Positions 61,878 through 64,000 of a stretch of DNA of 64,000 nucleotides are shown here, piece after piece. Position 1 is the stretch's first letter. Each line of letters starts with the position of its first letter. Under the pieces are notes generated by a model that searched no databases, was not told where the DNA came from, and saw only the letters and a program-made list of their open reading frames with translations. Position numbers and translations under genes: made by a program. Source of the DNA: Candidatus Dadabacteria bacterium UBA1144 (lineage in GTDB: Bacteria; Desulfobacterota_D; UBA1144); the NCBI GenBank assembly GCA_002311855.1, contig DCAB01000012.1, positions 42,523 to 106,522 on the forward strand, in the 5' to 3' direction.

Positions 61878-63494
61878 CCCTTTGAATCTGCCATAAACTT
61901 CTACTAGCGAAGAAGTCATCTCGCCAATCGTACAATACTCACTAACCGCTTCAACAATATAAGGCATTATGTTCTTGTCTTGCCTAGCAGCATTCTCGAG
62001 ATTTTTAAGACAAATCTGAATATTTTTAGAGTTTCTTCTTTCTTTTAATTTATTTAATTTTTTTATCTGATTAGACTCTAAATTAGAATCAATTTCTTGA
62101 ATTGGAGGTACCTTTTCATTTGTTACTACAAAATCATTTACTCCCACAACTATTCTTTCTTTTTTTTCTAATTCAATTTGAAAATTAAAAGATGAATCTT
62201 CAATCTCTCCCTGAATATAATTTTCTTCAATGCATTTAATCATTCCACCTTTGCCTTTGATGATTTCTAAATATTCATATACTTTCTTTTCTATTTCATC
62301 CGTTAGGTGCTCAATCAAATAAGAACCAGCCAGGGGATCAATCGAATCGGCAACTTCTGACTCATATGCCAAGATTTGTTGTGTTCTTAGTGCTATTATC
62401 GCAGAATCTTCAGTAGGTAAGCCTAGTGCTTCATCAAAGGAGTTGGTATGCAAAGATTGAGTGCCTCCCAAAACAGCCGTCATAGCTTGCATTGCCGTTC
62501 TAACAATATTATTTAATGGTTGTTGAGCTGTAAGAGTTACCCCACCAGTTTGAGAATGGACTCTAAATTTACATGCATCATCATCTGTTATATTGAAATT
62601 GTTTTTTAATATATTTGACCATATTCTTCTTGCTGATCGATATTTTGAAATTTCTTCAAAAAAATTGTTGTGAACAGCAAAAAAGAAAGAAACTCTCTTA
62701 CAAATTTGTGTGATATCTAGATCTCTTGATTGAGCAATCTCAAGATACTCTATCGCATCCGCAATCATAAAAGCCAATTCTTGAACAGCTGTGGAACCAG
62801 CCTCCCTAATATGATAACCACTTACACTAATTGGATTCCACTTTGGAACATGATCTTTGCAATACCCCATAATATCAACGGTAATTTTTACAGAGGGTTT
62901 TGGTGGAAACACGTACGTCCCTCTCGCGATAAATTCTTTAAGCAAATCATTTTGAACAGTTCCGGTTATTTTATCCATGGGCACACCTTGTTTTTTAGCT
63001 GTAATTATATACATGGCTAATAACATTGAAGCCGTTGCATTGATAGTCATGGATGTCGAAACTTTATCCAAAGGAACCCCTTCAAGAAGTGTTTCCATAT
63101 CTTGTAATGAATCTATTGCGACTCCAACTTTGCCAACCTCACCTTTGCTAATTGCCGCATCTGAATCATATCCCATTTGTGTAGGTAAATCGAAAGCAAC
63201 GCTTAAACCTGTTTGACCTTCATCAAGCAAATATTTAAATCTTTTGTTGGTTTCCTCAGCCGATCCAAATCCTGCATATTGTCTCATGGTCCACAACCTA
63301 CCTCTATACATTGTTGGCTGGATACCTCTAGTAAAAGGAAATTCACCCGGGAGAGAATTTTTACTGTCTAGATTTTTCGAGTGGTTATTTTGAGTATAGA
63401 ATCTATCAATCTTAATACCCGAAGTCGTAGAAAAATTTTTTTTTCTTTCTTTTATTTTATTTTTATATTTTTTTTCCCAATCACTCTTATTCAC
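61869..63494 (-). CDS. methylmalonyl-CoA mutase, catalytic (N-terminal/large) subunit without a fused B12-binding domain
   Basis: 541 aa; ...RGIQPTMYRGRLWTMRQYAGFGSAEETNKRFKYLLDEGQTGLSVAFDLPTQMGYDSD...; ends before the B12-binding domain. Confidence 0.9.
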   Translation of the reverse strand: MNKSDWEKKYKNKIKERKKNFSTTSGIKIDRFYTQNNHSKNLDSKNSLPGEFPFTRGIQPTMYRGRLWTMRQYAGFGSAEETNKRFKYLLDEGQTGLSVAFDLPTQMGYDSDAAISKGEVGKVGVAIDSLQDMETLLEGVPLDKVSTSMTINATASMLLAMYIITAKKQGVPMDKITGTVQNDLLKEFIARGTYVFPPKPSVKITVDIMGYCKDHVPKWNPISVSGYHIREAGSTAVQELAFMIADAIEYLEIAQSRDLDITQICKRVSFFFAVHNNFFEEISKYRSARRIWSNILKNNFNITDDDACKFRVHSQTGGVTLTAQQPLNNIVRTAMQAMTAVLGGTQSLHTNSFDEALGLPTEDSAIIALRTQQILAYESEVADSIDPLAGSYLIEHLTDEIEKKVYEYLEIIKGKGGMIKCIEENYIQGEIEDSSFNFQIELEKKERIVVGVNDFVVTNEKVPPIQEIDSNLESNQIKKLNKLKERRNSKNIQICLKNLENAARQDKNIMPYIVEAVSEYCTIGEMTSSLVEVYGRFKGSN

Positions 63495-63496
63495 TA

Positions 63497-64000
63497 TTAA
63501 AACACCCTAGTCGAGTTCTGTTTTGCCAAATTAATCAGTGATTCTTTAAATTGGCTGTCCTTTAAAACTTCTATAGCTGATATTGCTTCTAAGGAATAAT
63601 TATTAGCTATTCTAATGGTTTCTTCAATTGCTTTAGTTCTACCTACGAAACTGTACAGAAAATCTAAATTCTTTTTATTGAATTTTTTTTGAACAAGAAT
63701 TTTTCTTGCTTGTTTAGATTCAATACGAGAGCCCTTATTCAGAGATATAAGAAGAGGCAATGTTACCTTGCCTTGTTTTATATCTCCCCCCGAATTTTTT
63801 CCCATTTTTTTTGAGTTGCTTACGATATCCAAGACATCATCAATTAATTGATAAGAAATTCCCATATTGTGTCCATAATTTTTTAATGATTGAACCACCG
63901 ATCTGCTTCCTTTGGCAAGCAAGGCTCCCATTTCAGATGAAGAAGCGATTAGAGAAGCGGTCTTGAGACCAATCATTTGAAAATATATTCTTTCATTAAA
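63497..64000 (-). CDS. polyprenyl diphosphate synthase, C-terminal portion (gene runs off the window end)
   Basis: second Asp-rich motif GISYQLIDDVLDI and KxxGxDxxxGKxTLP; the reading frame is open to position 64000. Confidence 0.75.
   Translation of the reverse strand, partial: FNERIYFQMIGLKTASLIASSSEMGALLAKGSRSVVQSLKNYGHNMGISYQLIDDVLDIVSNSKKMGKNSGGDIKQGKVTLPLLISLNKGSRIESKQARKILVQKKFNKKNLDFLYSFVGRTKAIEETIRIANNYSLEAISAIEVLKDSQFKESLINLAKQNSTRVF

Overview
This is a visibly AT-rich, very tightly packed bacterial chromosomal segment. Many adjacent genes overlap by 4 to 17 nt, and several convergent gene pairs overlap at their stops. The content is almost entirely core housekeeping.

- **Annotated genes:** rpsI and a myo-inositol-1-phosphate synthase; a split F-type ATP synthase (atpF'-F-H-A-G-D-C on the minus strand at 1.7-7.3 kb, and atpZ/I-B-E on the plus strand at 53.3-54.9 kb); ion-homeostasis proteins (CPA2-type antiporter, ClC channel, MscS, two tandem DUF21-CBS proteins); purB and argH; the yacL-ispD-ispF block, ispE and a partial polyprenyl synthetase; speB-like, a Fe/Mn SOD, ilvD, coaBC, an HU-family protein, pyrE, nrdAB, gltX-coaE; a three-subunit acyl-CoA (propionyl-CoA type) carboxylase plus a methylmalonyl-CoA mutase catalytic subunit; hemL, rpoD, thyX, queF/queE/queC, hisBH, thiL, ruvX, a CCA-adding enzyme, tRNA-Glu(CUC) and tRNA-Gln(UUG).
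- **Mobile or defence content:** none found. No integrase, transposase, CRISPR array or phage genes.
- **Most interesting for follow-up:**
  - the 406-nt nrdAB leader, with tandem NrdR-box candidates and a GC-rich structured RNA element;
  - a translationally coupled pair of a long nitroreductase/SagB-like protein and an RDD membrane protein;
  - a degenerate SIR2-like protein head-to-head with a DUF971 protein next to thyX;
  - an orphan DppC-type permease with no canonical start, overlapping queF;
  - an HU gene with a repeat-encoded Ser/Gly tail;
  - direct repeats upstream of the carboxylase operon;
  - an F0 c-subunit with a signal-peptide-like extension.

The phylum cannot be assigned from sequence alone. 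Gene order and the short sigma-70 argue against a classical gamma- or betaproteobacterium.
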